DNA of 64,000 bases from an uncultured Psychrosphaera sp. (lineage in GTDB: Bacteria > Pseudomonadota > Gammaproteobacteria > Enterobacterales > Alteromonadaceae). Shown piece by piece: positions 1 through 9,196 of the stretch; positions within the stretch are counted from its first letter, which is position 1; each line of letters begins with the position of its first letter. The notes under the pieces were generated by a model, which saw nothing but the letters and a program-made list of their open reading frames with translations, searched no databases and had not been told where the DNA came from. Location of the stretch: contig NZ_CANMSK010000008.1 of NCBI RefSeq assembly GCF_947500655.1, positions 19,139 through 83,138 of the forward strand, written 5' to 3'. Both the position numbers and the translations under genes were made by a program.

Positions 1-1
1 A

Positions 2-2395
2 ATTTCTGCCGCTCAGTCATTGTCGGGCGTGGTTTTTTCTAAAAATAAGCATGCAGAGCAAGTTCCAATTGCTAATGCAAAAGTACAAATCCATGGACAT
101 AACCATTCAGAGCAAACCGATGCACAAGGTCGATTTGTTATTGAACTAGAGTCTAAAACACCAATTAAAAACGCAGTTGATCCAAACACTTACGAATTAC
201 ACGTTAGCGCTACAGGATTCCAACATAAAAATATTTTAGTTGATAACACAACGTCCACTACCCTGCCATTACAAGTTGAGTTAGCGTCTAGTGTTATGGA
301 TCATATAGATGTATACGCATCACCATTACATTCTTCTACTATTGAATCTGCATCTGCTATTTCTGTGATCTCAGATGAGGAGCTTCACAATAAGCACACT
401 TCTACTTTGGGCGAGACATTAAAATATGAGTTAGGTGTACATTCTACTTATTTTGGTCCGGTTAGTTCTAGTCCAATTATCCGTGGTTTAGATGGCCCAA
501 GAGTGATGATCACGCAAAATGGATTAGATGCGTCAGACGCATCAAGAGTGGGTCCAGATCATGTTGTTTCAACAGAAACATCAACGGTAAAACAAGTTGA
601 GATATTACGCGGTCCTGCCACATTACTATTTGGTAACGGCGCAATTGGTGGTGTTATAAACGTAGTAGATAACCGTGTTCCAACTAACGACGAATTTGAA
701 GCTGATTATCAGGTATCGCACAACACAGTTTCTAATGAAAATGAATTAAGCGTTAACTTAAGTACTGGATTAGCAGCACAAGGCTTTGATAATGTTGCTG
801 TACATTTTGATGCATTCACTCGCTCAAGCGATGACTATGAAATCCCAGGTCCTGCAGAATCAGAAGATGCTCATGATGAGGAAGAGGAAGAGCATGAGGA
901 ACACGAGGAAGAGTTTACTGGAGTTCTAGAAAATAGTGCCGCTGACTCTGACGGCTTTAATCTAGGCGCAAGCTACTTATTTGACTCTGGCTTTGTTGGC
1001 GTTTCTTTTGGTCAACTTAACCGTTTATACGGTATTACTGGTCACTCGCATGAAGAAGAAGAGGAAGAGCATGAGGAAGAAGAGCACGAAGAAGAGATTG
1101 TCCAAGGCGATATGACCCAAGACCGAGTACAAGTATTAAGTGCTTTTGAATTTGACCATTCATTCATTACTGGTTTACAAACTAAATTTGGTTACACAGA
1201 TTATCATCATGCAGAATTAGAAAACGGTGAAATTGGCACTCAGTTTTATAACAAAACGACACAATTAAAATCTGATTTAATTTTTGCAGAAATAGCCGGT
1301 TGGCATGGTGCATTATCGGTTGAATATAAGCATTCAGACTTTTCTGCAGAGGGTGAAGAAGCATTTACTCCACCATCAGTAACTGAAAACACGTCAATTG
1401 CTTTACTAGAGGAAAGGCACTTAGGTTCTGTGTTATTGCAGCTAGGTGCTCGTGTTGAATCGATAGACTTATCAGCAGACATTGACGGTGTAAATCAAAG
1501 CTTTGATTTCTCTCCAATTAGCTTATCTAGCGGAATAGTTTGGGACTTTACAGATGGTTATAACTTAGGTGTGTCCTTAACACGTTCTGAACGTGCACCA
1601 AGTGCAAGTGAATTACTATCTTTAGGTACACATATTGGAACAAGCAGTTATGAAGTTGGTTCTCTTTACGAGATTGAATTTGATGAAGCCGACCAACACT
1701 CAGAGTTAGTATTATCATCACAGCCAACTGAGTTAGAAACAGCCAACAATGCTGAATTAACACTACGTAAATTTAACGGTGACTTTGGTTTTGTTATTAA
1801 CTTGTTCTATAACACTGTAGACAACTTTTATTATCAAAATGAAACCGGTCTATTATCGTCAGATATCCTTGAGCATGATGAAGAAGAGCATCACGACGAA
1901 GAGGAAGATCATGAAGAAGAAGGGCATGAACACGAAGAAAGTGACCTACCTGTTTATATAACGCAAACTAACAACGCTAAGTTCTACGGCATAGAAAGCC
2001 AGTTTAAATGGCAAGTAACACCAGAACTAAAGCTAGCACTGCAAGCAGACACAATTGTAGGTGAGTTAACTAATGGTGAATATTTACCACGCATCCCACC
2101 AAATAGAATTGGCCTGTCATTTAAATACCAAGGTAATAGCTGGGATTTAGGCGCTCAAAATATGTTTTATTTCTCGCAAACTAAATTAGCACCGCTGGAA
2201 ACTAAAACAGATTCATACAATATGACGGATATCGATTTTGCTTATTACTTCCAAGCAGGCAATCAAGATCTTACCGCATTTGCTAATATCAGAAACGTAT
2301 TTGATGTAGAAGCTCGTGTACACAGTTCATACCTGAAAGACTTAACTTTATTACCAGCTCGTGGACTTCATGTAGGGGTTAGAGGTAAGTTTTAA
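2..2395 (+). CDS. TonB-dependent outer-membrane receptor, 5'-truncated by window edge; ZnuD-like with His/Glu-rich loop inserts
   Basis: The frame is open from base 2 with no stop before the TTG at 20, so the true N-terminus lies upstream of the window. It has a carboxypeptidase-regulatory-like segment and plug motifs (IIRGLDGPRVMITQNGL; EILRGPATLLFGNGAIGGVINVV). The barrel ends in a terminal Phe (VGVRGKF). Three acidic His-rich inserts lie at nt 872-913, 1043-1096 and 1871-1939. Confidence 0.85.
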   Translation: MSAAQSLSGVVFSKNKHAEQVPIANAKVQIHGHNHSEQTDAQGRFVIELESKTPIKNAVDPNTYELHVSATGFQHKNILVDNTTSTTLPLQVELASSVMDHIDVYASPLHSSTIESASAISVISDEELHNKHTSTLGETLKYELGVHSTYFGPVSSSPIIRGLDGPRVMITQNGLDASDASRVGPDHVVSTETSTVKQVEILRGPATLLFGNGAIGGVINVVDNRVPTNDEFEADYQVSHNTVSNENELSVNLSTGLAAQGFDNVAVHFDAFTRSSDDYEIPGPAESEDAHDEEEEEHEEHEEEFTGVLENSAADSDGFNLGASYLFDSGFVGVSFGQLNRLYGITGHSHEEEEEEHEEEEHEEEIVQGDMTQDRVQVLSAFEFDHSFITGLQTKFGYTDYHHAELENGEIGTQFYNKTTQLKSDLIFAEIAGWHGALSVEYKHSDFSAEGEEAFTPPSVTENTSIALLEERHLGSVLLQLGARVESIDLSADIDGVNQSFDFSPISLSSGIVWDFTDGYNLGVSLTRSERAPSASELLSLGTHIGTSSYEVGSLYEIEFDEADQHSELVLSSQPTELETANNAELTLRKFNGDFGFVINLFYNTVDNFYYQNETGLLSSDILEHDEEEHHDEEEDHEEEGHEHEESDLPVYITQTNNAKFYGIESQFKWQVTPELKLALQADTIVGELTNGEYLPRIPPNRIGLSFKYQGNSWDLGAQNMFYFSQTKLAPLETKTDSYNMTDIDFAYYFQAGNQDLTAFANIRNVFDVEARVHSSYLKDLTLLPARGLHVGVRGKF

Positions 2396-2426
2396 ATCAC
2401 TAAATAACTTTAGCAAGTCTTATGAG

Positions 2427-2484
2427 CTGTTATACAAATATGTATAACAGGATCAAAAAAGCCAATGTTTACATTGGCTTTTTT
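2427..2484. terminator. Two tandem hairpins between convergent genes; the second is a bidirectional rho-independent terminator
   Basis: First hairpin: ctgttataca-aata-tgtataacag (2427-2450), a perfect 10-bp stem. Second hairpin: aaaaaa-gccaatg-ttta-cattggc-tttttt (2455-2484), with an A-run and a T-run flanking the stem. Confidence 0.75.
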
Positions 2485-2506
2485 ATTACTTGAAATTAAG
2501 GGCTAT

Positions 2507-2755
2507 TTACCTTTCAAAATAAGAATCAGGTCTAAATGTAGCGGCATCATAAATTGACCACAAATGTATTAATCCAGCGAAAATAACAGGAACAATTAGA
2601 AACCATAATGCATAACCAACGGTGACTGTCACAAATATAAATATTGCAGGTAATATATTGCCTTGGATCAGTTGTCCTAACCCTGGAATAAATACATTAC
2701 ACAATGCGGCTAATACGTTACCTGTTGAACCTTGTCCTGACATACTCTCCTCCAA
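2507..2755 (-). CDS. Small integral membrane protein (82 aa, two predicted TM helices), function unknown
   Basis: ORF with hydrophobic segments (VLAALCNVFIPGLGQLIQG; IFIFVTVTVGYALWFLIVPVIFAGLIHLW). No family was confidently recognised. Confidence 0.55.
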   Translation of the reverse strand: MEESMSGQGSTGNVLAALCNVFIPGLGQLIQGNILPAIFIFVTVTVGYALWFLIVPVIFAGLIHLWSIYDAATFRPDSYFER

Positions 2756-2835
2756 AATTTAAAAATCATACTGTATCAATAACTCTAGCTTAGCTTTTTA
2801 ACTCGGTTATACCAATTACATTAAATGAATAACAA

Positions 2836-4146
2836 TCAAGTAATTGCTATAAGAGGCAACTTAACCGTTGCTGATAAACCACCTTGCTTTCGGTTTTTTA
2901 AAATAACTTCTCCGTGGTGTGAATCAACTATCTTTTTAATAATAGCTAAACCTAAACCACTACCTTCTCCACCGCGCGCAATATCACCTTGGTAAAATGG
3001 TTCAAATAACTTAGCCACATCGTCTTCTTTAATTCCGGGGCCAGAATCTAGTACTGAAAAATAAAACATGTTATTTTTTTTATCAATTCCAGTTTCAACT
3101 AAAATCTTATCGTTTGAATACCTAAGTGCATTCTCTAATAAGTTGGTGATCACTCGCTTAATCGCGATGGGCCTCATCATTTGAGCTTTTATTTTACTAT
3201 CAAAGAAAGTTTGAAATTCTCGTTGTTTATTCAATTTCTCTGACTCGACTACATCATCTACTAATGCATTAAAATCAACAGCTACAAGTGCTTCTTCTTT
3301 ATGGTGACGTATGAAAGCGATAAATTGATCTATGATCATATTCATATCTTCAATATCGTTAACTATGCCATCTTTTAAGTAATCTTCGTTTGGCCCCATC
3401 ATTTCTGTGGCAAGCCTAATTCGAGTTAATGGAGTACGTAAATCATGAGAGACTCCCGCCATTAACAAACTTCTATCTTTCTCTAATTGTTTAATGCCCG
3501 CCGACATTTGGTTAAAAGCTCGCGTTACCGCCACAATTTCTGTTGAGCCTATCTCTTTGAGTTGCTCAGGAAAATCACCTTGTCCTACTTCTTTAGCGGC
3601 ACTTTCCAATGACTTAAGCGGCCTATTTAATTGGCGAGCAAACACCCAACCACCAGCCACACTTAAAATACCAATAGCAATTAGATAAATGGTAAAAGGC
3701 GAAAGGTTCCTTTCTTCTAGTCCATCCAAAGGTAAACGCACCCAGTAGTTTTTCGCTTGTGGTGGTTTTACCCAAAAATAGTAATTATCACCTTCCGATA
3801 TTCTTACCTCTGTTTCACCACCTAACTGTTTTGACATTTGTTCAGAAAAGTATGGATAAACTTGCGCGTCTAACAAACCTTTTTCTTCAGCTTGTTGGTT
3901 GGTAAGTACTTTAATTCCAGTGGTTTTGATGAAGTCGACTGATAACTGTTTAGGTATTGTTATTCCTTGAGTATTAGGCATAAACAATACTTTAATTTGC
4001 TTAGCCAATAAGTTATTTACTTGCTGATAACTTGGCTCTATAACGTAAAATAATACGCTAACCATAGAAACAATCTGGTTAATTAATAACAACGAACCAA
4101 CTAAAAAAACAGTCTGACCAAAAGAGCTCTTAGGCAATAATTTCAT
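2836..4146 (-). CDS. envZ: Osmolarity sensor histidine kinase EnvZ
   Basis: Two TM segments, HAMP, an H-box ([17 protein letters not shown]) and the ATPase G-box ([13 protein letters not shown]). It lies immediately downstream of ompR. Confidence 0.9.
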   Translation of the reverse strand: MKLLPKSSFGQTVFLVGSLLLINQIVSMVSVLFYVIEPSYQQVNNLLAKQIKVLFMPNTQGITIPKQLSVDFIKTTGIKVLTNQQAEEKGLLDAQVYPYFSEQMSKQLGGETEVRISEGDNYYFWVKPPQAKNYWVRLPLDGLEERNLSPFTIYLIAIGILSVAGGWVFARQLNRPLKSLESAAKEVGQGDFPEQLKEIGSTEIVAVTRAFNQMSAGIKQLEKDRSLLMAGVSHDLRTPLTRIRLATEMMGPNEDYLKDGIVNDIEDMNMIIDQFIAFIRHHKEEALVAVDFNALVDDVVESEKLNKQREFQTFFDSKIKAQMMRPIAIKRVITNLLENALRYSNDKILVETGIDKKNNMFYFSVLDSGPGIKEDDVAKLFEPFYQGDIARGGEGSGLGLAIIKKIVDSHHGEVILKNRKQGGLSATVKLPLIAIT

Positions 4147-4219
4147 AACAACTTCATTTAAATTTGGATAAAAGCCAACTCATATAAGTTGGCATAACGA
4201 GGCTGGGTAAGAATGCGAA

Positions 4220-4939
4220 CTAGCCTTTTCCGTCTGGAATAAATACATACCCCACGCCCCAAACCGTTTGTATATATCTTGGTTTAGTGTGATCTTCTTC
4301 AATCATTTTACGTAATCGGCTTACTTGTACATCTATGCTTCTTTCCAGTGCAGAGTAATCTCTTCCCCTTGCCAAGTTCATTAATTTATCACGGGACAAT
4401 GGCTCTCTAGCATGGCTTATTAAGGTTTTTAGTACAGCAAACTCACCACTGGTTAGCGGCATAATTTTATTACCGTGATGCATTTCCCGCGTTGCTAAAT
4501 TTAAGGTGAAATCACCAAAGGTGACTTCTTCCTCTTCCATTGTTGGTGCGCCCGGAACGTCTTTAGATTTACGACGTAAAATAGCGCGTATTCTGGCAAG
4601 TAATTCTCTTGGGTTAAATGGCTTAGCCAGATAATCATCAGCACCTAGCTCTAAACCAATAATGCGGTCAACCTCGTCGCCTTTAGCCGTTAACATAATA
4701 ATTGGAATTTGGTTGTTGTTTTGACGCAAGCGACGACAAATAGACAAACCATCTTCACCTGGCAACATAAGATCTAACACGATTAGATGGAAATTTTCTC
4801 GATCTAACAATCGATTCATTTGTTCTGAATTAGAGGCGCTTCTTACGATAAAAGACTGCTCTGTTAAATAACGTTCTAACAAGCTACGTAAACGCATGTC
4901 GTCATCAACAACCAAAATTTTAGTGGTTTCGCTTTCCAT
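4220..4939 (-). CDS. ompR: Response regulator OmpR
   Basis: Near-colinear with E. coli OmpR (KILVVDDDMRLRSLLERYLTEQ...HLIVLDLMLPGEDGLSICRRLR...YIQTVWGVGYVF). Confidence 0.95.
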   Translation of the reverse strand: MESETTKILVVDDDMRLRSLLERYLTEQSFIVRSASNSEQMNRLLDRENFHLIVLDLMLPGEDGLSICRRLRQNNNQIPIIMLTAKGDEVDRIIGLELGADDYLAKPFNPRELLARIRAILRRKSKDVPGAPTMEEEEVTFGDFTLNLATREMHHGNKIMPLTSGEFAVLKTLISHAREPLSRDKLMNLARGRDYSALERSIDVQVSRLRKMIEEDHTKPRYIQTVWGVGYVFIPDGKG

Positions 4940-5002
4940 TTTTTATCCAATCGATATTTATTATGTGTCGAATATAAAAGAAAAGCGGCAGTTTGCCAAA
5001 AC

Positions 5003-5040
5003 ATCTCTGTAATTAGGTTGTTACAAAGTTTTACAGAGAT
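5003..5040 (-). terminator. Hairpin downstream of the FapA-like gene and upstream of ompR; possible terminator/insulator
   Basis: atctctgtaa (5003-5012) pairs with ttacagagat (5031-5040). This is a 10-bp perfect stem with an 18-nt loop and no clear T-run. Confidence 0.3.
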
Positions 5041-5111
5041 ATTTAACTTGGGAAGTTCAGGTTAATAAAAGAGGGATTTATACATGATAACAATACCGAA
5101 AATATTAAAGG

Positions 5112-6758
5112 CTATTTAGCTTCAATAACTAATTGAAAGTCTTCTAACCTAACAGTCGACGGCCCTTTACGGACTGTATTTGTAATACCTTTACTACCAA
5201 AGTCAAAGTAAAGGCCTCCATATAAAGTATGATTAACTTTAATGATCACATTTTCCATATAATCACGGCGACGTTGACTTAAGGTTTTACGGTAATTTAT
5301 GGTTTTATTTATTTTATTTTCTAATTGGATCATTTCAGCTTTTGCTGCACTTTTTTGTTCGCCTCCTACTAAAGAGGGCAAGTTAGATTGTAGCAGGTCT
5401 AATTTTTCTTGTGATTCTTCAATTTGTTGCCAAAAACTATCTTCTTTTTGCTTAAATACATCATAGGTTCTATTCATGGAAATATGAGTAACGGTATCCG
5501 ACGGTGCACCTAAGTGCCCAACTTCAATATACTTACTAATATTATAATGTCCGCCAATGATCTTACCGCGTGGCACTCGGCCTTTACCAACAACAATAGA
5601 TGCAGCCGTCACATTACAATGTGATATTTGTTTATGTATAAATACATCACGTTTTGCCACTATGTCTACATGATTAGCAAAAGCAACATTCACTCGGTTA
5701 CCTGACTCCAACAAACAGGTATTTTTACGGCCATCAACTTCTTCATCTAACGACTTACCAGAAGCCCCCGATAATACTGTTAATTCACCACGACAGCGTA
5801 TACTAGATGACTCAACAAAACCTGAAATAAGTACATCACCAGAAGCAATGATCTTCATTTCAGGTGACACATCACCAAGTATAATTACCGTTCCATTAAA
5901 TTTAACATGACCTTGTTTTGGTGTTAATTCAGTTAACGTATAAACATCGTCAACTTCCATACGATTATCAATTAACCGAGCTAAGCCTTCTTTTTTGGCT
6001 AGTAATATAGTTTCATCATCTGGATCGATAATAGTGCCTGAAGATACTTCCATTCTGACATCTTTCCCAGGATTCGCTTTTAACGTATCGCCCAAGACAT
6101 TGCGACCATCGATACCCGCTGTTAAAGGCATTTTTTGATAAATTTTTTCGCCTGGCTTGACTGTTTCAATATCACCTAAGTCTTTGAGATCAACTTTACC
6201 ATCAGCCATTTCGGTTGGTTTACGAATTTTATCTGAGAATAATTCCACAAGAGGTTTAAAGCTGGCGTTTTTTCCATGCTTAGGTTCTTTACCTAAAGCA
6301 ATAACCGACTCAAAGATTTCACCAGGATGGGCATCAAAACTATTTTCTAATAAAGCTTCTACTTTTGAGCGTTTAAGACCAAAGCTTACTCTTTTCTTTT
6401 GACATGCTTTTTTAATTGCATCAACACTAGCAATTTTTCCACCCCAAGGCATTTCAATTTGGGCTTTAGCTGACATTTTATCTGCTGAAACTTTAATAGT
6501 AACAATCGCATCTATTATTTCAGCAAATTCACGAGTAAATTTGGTTGGATTATTTACGCCATTTTTAATTTCCATGACTAATTCATTAACCGAATCTATA
6601 AGGTCGAGTAGTACTTCTTTTTTTACATAGGTTTTATAAAACGTACTGTCAGCATGCGCTTTCAGTAAATCCGATACTTCATAGATAGGGCTATGGGCAC
6701 TACAATCTATCTCAATAGAGATTATCGAACCATCTTGGGTAAAGCTAATATCAGACAA
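5112..6758 (-). CDS. FapA/DUF342 family protein (flagellar-assembly-protein-A-like)
   Basis: 548-aa cytoplasmic protein. It has a repetitive beta-helix-like central region (GDVLISGFVESSSIRCRGELTV..., NHVDIVAKRDVFIHKQISHCNVTAASIVVGKG) and a C-terminal coiled-coil, as is typical of DUF342. Confidence 0.65.
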   Translation of the reverse strand: MSDISFTQDGSIISIEIDCSAHSPIYEVSDLLKAHADSTFYKTYVKKEVLLDLIDSVNELVMEIKNGVNNPTKFTREFAEIIDAIVTIKVSADKMSAKAQIEMPWGGKIASVDAIKKACQKKRVSFGLKRSKVEALLENSFDAHPGEIFESVIALGKEPKHGKNASFKPLVELFSDKIRKPTEMADGKVDLKDLGDIETVKPGEKIYQKMPLTAGIDGRNVLGDTLKANPGKDVRMEVSSGTIIDPDDETILLAKKEGLARLIDNRMEVDDVYTLTELTPKQGHVKFNGTVIILGDVSPEMKIIASGDVLISGFVESSSIRCRGELTVLSGASGKSLDEEVDGRKNTCLLESGNRVNVAFANHVDIVAKRDVFIHKQISHCNVTAASIVVGKGRVPRGKIIGGHYNISKYIEVGHLGAPSDTVTHISMNRTYDVFKQKEDSFWQQIEESQEKLDLLQSNLPSLVGGEQKSAAKAEMIQLENKINKTINYRKTLSQRRRDYMENVIIKVNHTLYGGLYFDFGSKGITNTVRKGPSTVRLEDFQLVIEAK

Positions 6759-7290
6759 AGAAAACCTTTTGTTATGTTTATTATTTTATTGGTTTAATCA
6801 ATAGTTGTTAAAGCTCTATCGGCTAACTAAATAAAAAATCCAATTTTGTGTGAATTTTAATCGTAAAAAAATATGAAGAGTGCTTTATAACCTAGTATTG
6901 GCAATTATCCAAATACCCGTTATGGCAATAAAATGTATTTTTTAAAATATCGAAACTGTATATTAATATTTAGCGCATACAAGGTACAAGTTTTATATCC
7001 ATAACCTGCTGAACATACTGATATTTTATAAATAATTAATTTTATATTTATCTGTACTCAATTAATTCTTGTATTAAAAAAGCATACAAACTCAACAGAT
7101 AAAAAAGAAAGTAGCAAATACAAGGCTAAGGCTATTAATAATAACCTCTAAAAATATGACAAACTTGGTAGCGATTAGTAAAAAAGACTCGAAAGGTAAT
7201 GCTAACAACCTTTATAAAAACGTTTTTTAAGAAAAAAACAAAGCAATTGATTAAACTATAAGCAAATAAAACAAAAATCAAAAACAGGGA

Positions 7291-7319
7291 GTGACAAGCA
7301 AAACAACATTGCTTATACT
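7291..7319 (+). promoter_or_regulatory. Candidate sigma70 promoter for the tRNA gene
   Basis: GTGACA (7291-7296), a 17-nt spacer, then TATACT (7314-7319), about 50 nt upstream of the tRNA 5' end. By-eye match only. Confidence 0.35.
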
Positions 7320-7369
7320 GCCTGCCGTTTTCAGCAAGAAACTATTTTTGCAACGAAAACAAATGGAAT

Positions 7370-7446
7370 GCCCCCTTAGCTCAGTTGGTTAGAGCATACG
7401 ACTCATAATCGTCAGGTCCCCTGTTCGAGTCAGGGAGGGGGCACCA
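7370..7446 (+). tRNA. Elongator tRNA with CAU anticodon (Met, or lysidine-dependent Ile2/ileX-type)
   Basis: 77 nt. Acceptor stem GCCCCCT/AGGGGGC, D-arm AGCTCAGTTGGTTAGAGC, anticodon loop CTCATAA, T-arm CCCTG-TTCGAGT-CAGGG and an encoded CCA. The 1-72 pair is G-C, so it is not an initiator. The CCCTTAGCTCAG...CGACTCATAATCG string resembles E. coli ileX from memory. Confidence 0.9.
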
Positions 7447-7698
7447 TTTTCTCTCCCAAGCAATTTTGAAACAAGAGTACAACCCACAAACTTTTTACTT
7501 TCAATCGTTTAATAATTCCGTTTATTTTTATATCCCCCAATTGAAGCTGTCATTTTCAATTTATGTAACACAACTTTGTTATGCTGAATATGTATGTACT
7601 TTTAATAATGAATACCCATTTTATTATTTGTATCTCTATGATTATTGCCTATTCTTTTGCTAGAAATAAAATTAATAGTATTAACGAAAGGGTAACTT

Positions 7699-8187
7699 GT
7701 GAAAAAATCAACTCTGCTTGCAGTATTATCTTCATTAATCATTACAACACCAGCTTTAGCTCAAGACGATGACCATGGGTTTAAGCACAATGTCATTGGT
7801 GTTTTTATTGGTAAAACAAAATCAGACTACAGTCACAAGGCAAGTTACGGATTAGAATATGAATACCGTTTTGACCAAACTTGGGGAGCTGGTGCCGTAT
7901 ACGAAAAAACACCTGAAGCGCATGACGATCACCATGGTCATTATGATGACATATCAGTAGCTTTAGTCTCTGGTTACTACCATTACAACTTACTGCGTAT
8001 TGGGCTTGGTTTTGGACAAGAGAAGATTCACGGCTCACATAGCTACACAGAGTCGCTTGTTAGAACCAGTGTTGCGTACGACTTCCACATCACCGAGCAC
8101 ATTGGTATTGCACCAGCATTCAGTTTAGACGCTGTAGATGGTCATACAGCTAAAATTTACGGCATTGCAATTAACTATATATTTTAA
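7699..8187 (+). CDS. Small secreted beta-barrel-type outer membrane protein with a His/Asp-rich segment
   Basis: GTG start with a signal peptide (MKKSTLLAVLSSLIITTPALA). Alternating amphipathic strands and a terminal aromatic residue (GIAINYIF). Contains an EAHDDHHGHYDD segment. Confidence 0.7.
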   Translation: MKKSTLLAVLSSLIITTPALAQDDDHGFKHNVIGVFIGKTKSDYSHKASYGLEYEYRFDQTWGAGAVYEKTPEAHDDHHGHYDDISVALVSGYYHYNLLRIGLGFGQEKIHGSHSYTESLVRTSVAYDFHITEHIGIAPAFSLDAVDGHTAKIYGIAINYIF

Positions 8188-8208
8188 AGCCCATTGAGCT
8201 TTAATATA

Positions 8209-8246
8209 GAAATACAAAAGGCTCATATTTGAGCCTTTTGTATTTC
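8209..8246. terminator. Strong hairpin between convergent genes
   Basis: gaaatacaaaaggctca (8209-8225), loop tatt, tgagccttttgtatttc (8230-8246). This is a 17-bp perfect stem. Confidence 0.75.
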
Positions 8247-8266
8247 TAAGGTTTGAGTTTAGAATT

Positions 8267-8953
8267 TTATTGTACAGTTGGAGACGCTTGCGGCTTGGCA
8301 TTCTCTTTTATATGTTTTTTTACATAACCCATTACACTGTCTGATGTTAATTTAAAGGTTACTGAAATATCCATCCCAAAACTCTTTAAGCTTTTTGCCG
8401 TCCAGTTATTGCAAGTATTCATTAAATAGTAATTACCCACACCTGTATAAAACTGACTATCACCATAAAGCCCATCTTGAGTTGGAAGCAACAAAGCTTG
8501 TTCATCCCTAGCAAAACTGCCAGAAATAAATGTCATTAATAACGATATTTCACTTTCCGTCATCGGCAAAAATTGTACATCACTCACAGGGAAAAAAGCC
8601 GATACTTCTTTATTAATCCCAACAGCATGCATAACCGAATCAGTAGGCCACAACATAGCTTGCACAGCTAATCCTGCCGTAATATCTTGAGCCTGATAAA
8701 AACCTTTATCACCCCAGCCAAATTCAATATAAGAAGTACCATCAAACCGCTCCCCCAACTCTGGAATAGCAGCAATAGCATTAACGGATGGAACTACCAA
8801 AGACGTATGCCAACCATGACTAACAACATAAATATGATTAAAACCAAAACCAGAATAAGATTTGGGAGACTCAACAACAGCAGGGCTAGTGGAACAGGTA
8901 GAAATAGTCACGATAAGAAAAATAATAAGGAGTAAAGCAGATAAATAACGCAT
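8267..8953 (-). CDS. DUF2459/TIGR02117-like lipoprotein, function unknown
   Basis: ATG at 8953 gives a lipoprotein signal (MRYLSALLLIIFLIVTISTC). The longest ORF extends to a GTG at 8989. The motifs SHGWHTSLVVP and YIEFGWGDKGFY resemble the DUF2459 family as I recall it. Confidence 0.6.
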   Translation of the reverse strand: MRYLSALLLIIFLIVTISTCSTSPAVVESPKSYSGFGFNHIYVVSHGWHTSLVVPSVNAIAAIPELGERFDGTSYIEFGWGDKGFYQAQDITAGLAVQAMLWPTDSVMHAVGINKEVSAFFPVSDVQFLPMTESEISLLMTFISGSFARDEQALLLPTQDGLYGDSQFYTGVGNYYLMNTCNNWTAKSLKSFGMDISVTFKLTSDSVMGYVKKHIKENAKPQASPTVQ

Positions 8954-9196
8954 GAATAACTTAATCCAGTTCTTAACATTGCCACCCACTTTAAATTAAA
9001 TCACCTGAGTTTGTAAAATTAAAAAAAATATGCATTTTCTGACGTAATTATCTTGGTGTTTTAGTCTGAATTACCGGTCTAAATTGAAAATTTGAGATAT
9101 GTTTACGATTTTGGTTAAACACGACATACGTAGATGTCTCAGAGTGCTCTGATTTAGTTTTTTGTTTGATTACCTATTTATTAAACTGCAGGATTA

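Noticed and set aside
1182-1763. Three antisense ORFs (1182-1364, 1246-1482, 1548-1763) inside the first TonB receptor gene
   Set aside because: They lie entirely within a well-supported coding region on the opposite strand. They have no RBS or family resemblance and are typical shadow ORFs. The same reasoning applies to the other internal antisense ORFs in the track. These include 3494-3688, 6157-6402, 9219-10007, 11669-11866, 19292-20326, 22112-22460, 23048-23705, 25207-25614, 26942-27193, 33156-33993, 37745-38014, 47793-48431, 48768-49055, 51295-51507, 53915-55389 and 61438-62406.
7561-7650. Zur/Fur-like dyads upstream of the His-rich OMP gene (GTAACAcaactttGTTAT; AATAATGAATACCCATTTTATTATT)
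   Set aside because: The matches to the Zur (TGTTAT/ATAACA) and Fur (GATAATGATAATCATTATC) consensus sequences are poor, and the half-site orientation is wrong. In AT-rich DNA these cannot be told apart from chance by eye.
7466-7772. ORFs 7466-7663 and 7581-7772 downstream of the tRNA
   Set aside because: They are AT-rich, low-complexity translations rich in Tyr, Phe, Asn and Ile, with no RBS. They overlap each other and the start of the 7699 gene, so they are probably non-coding.
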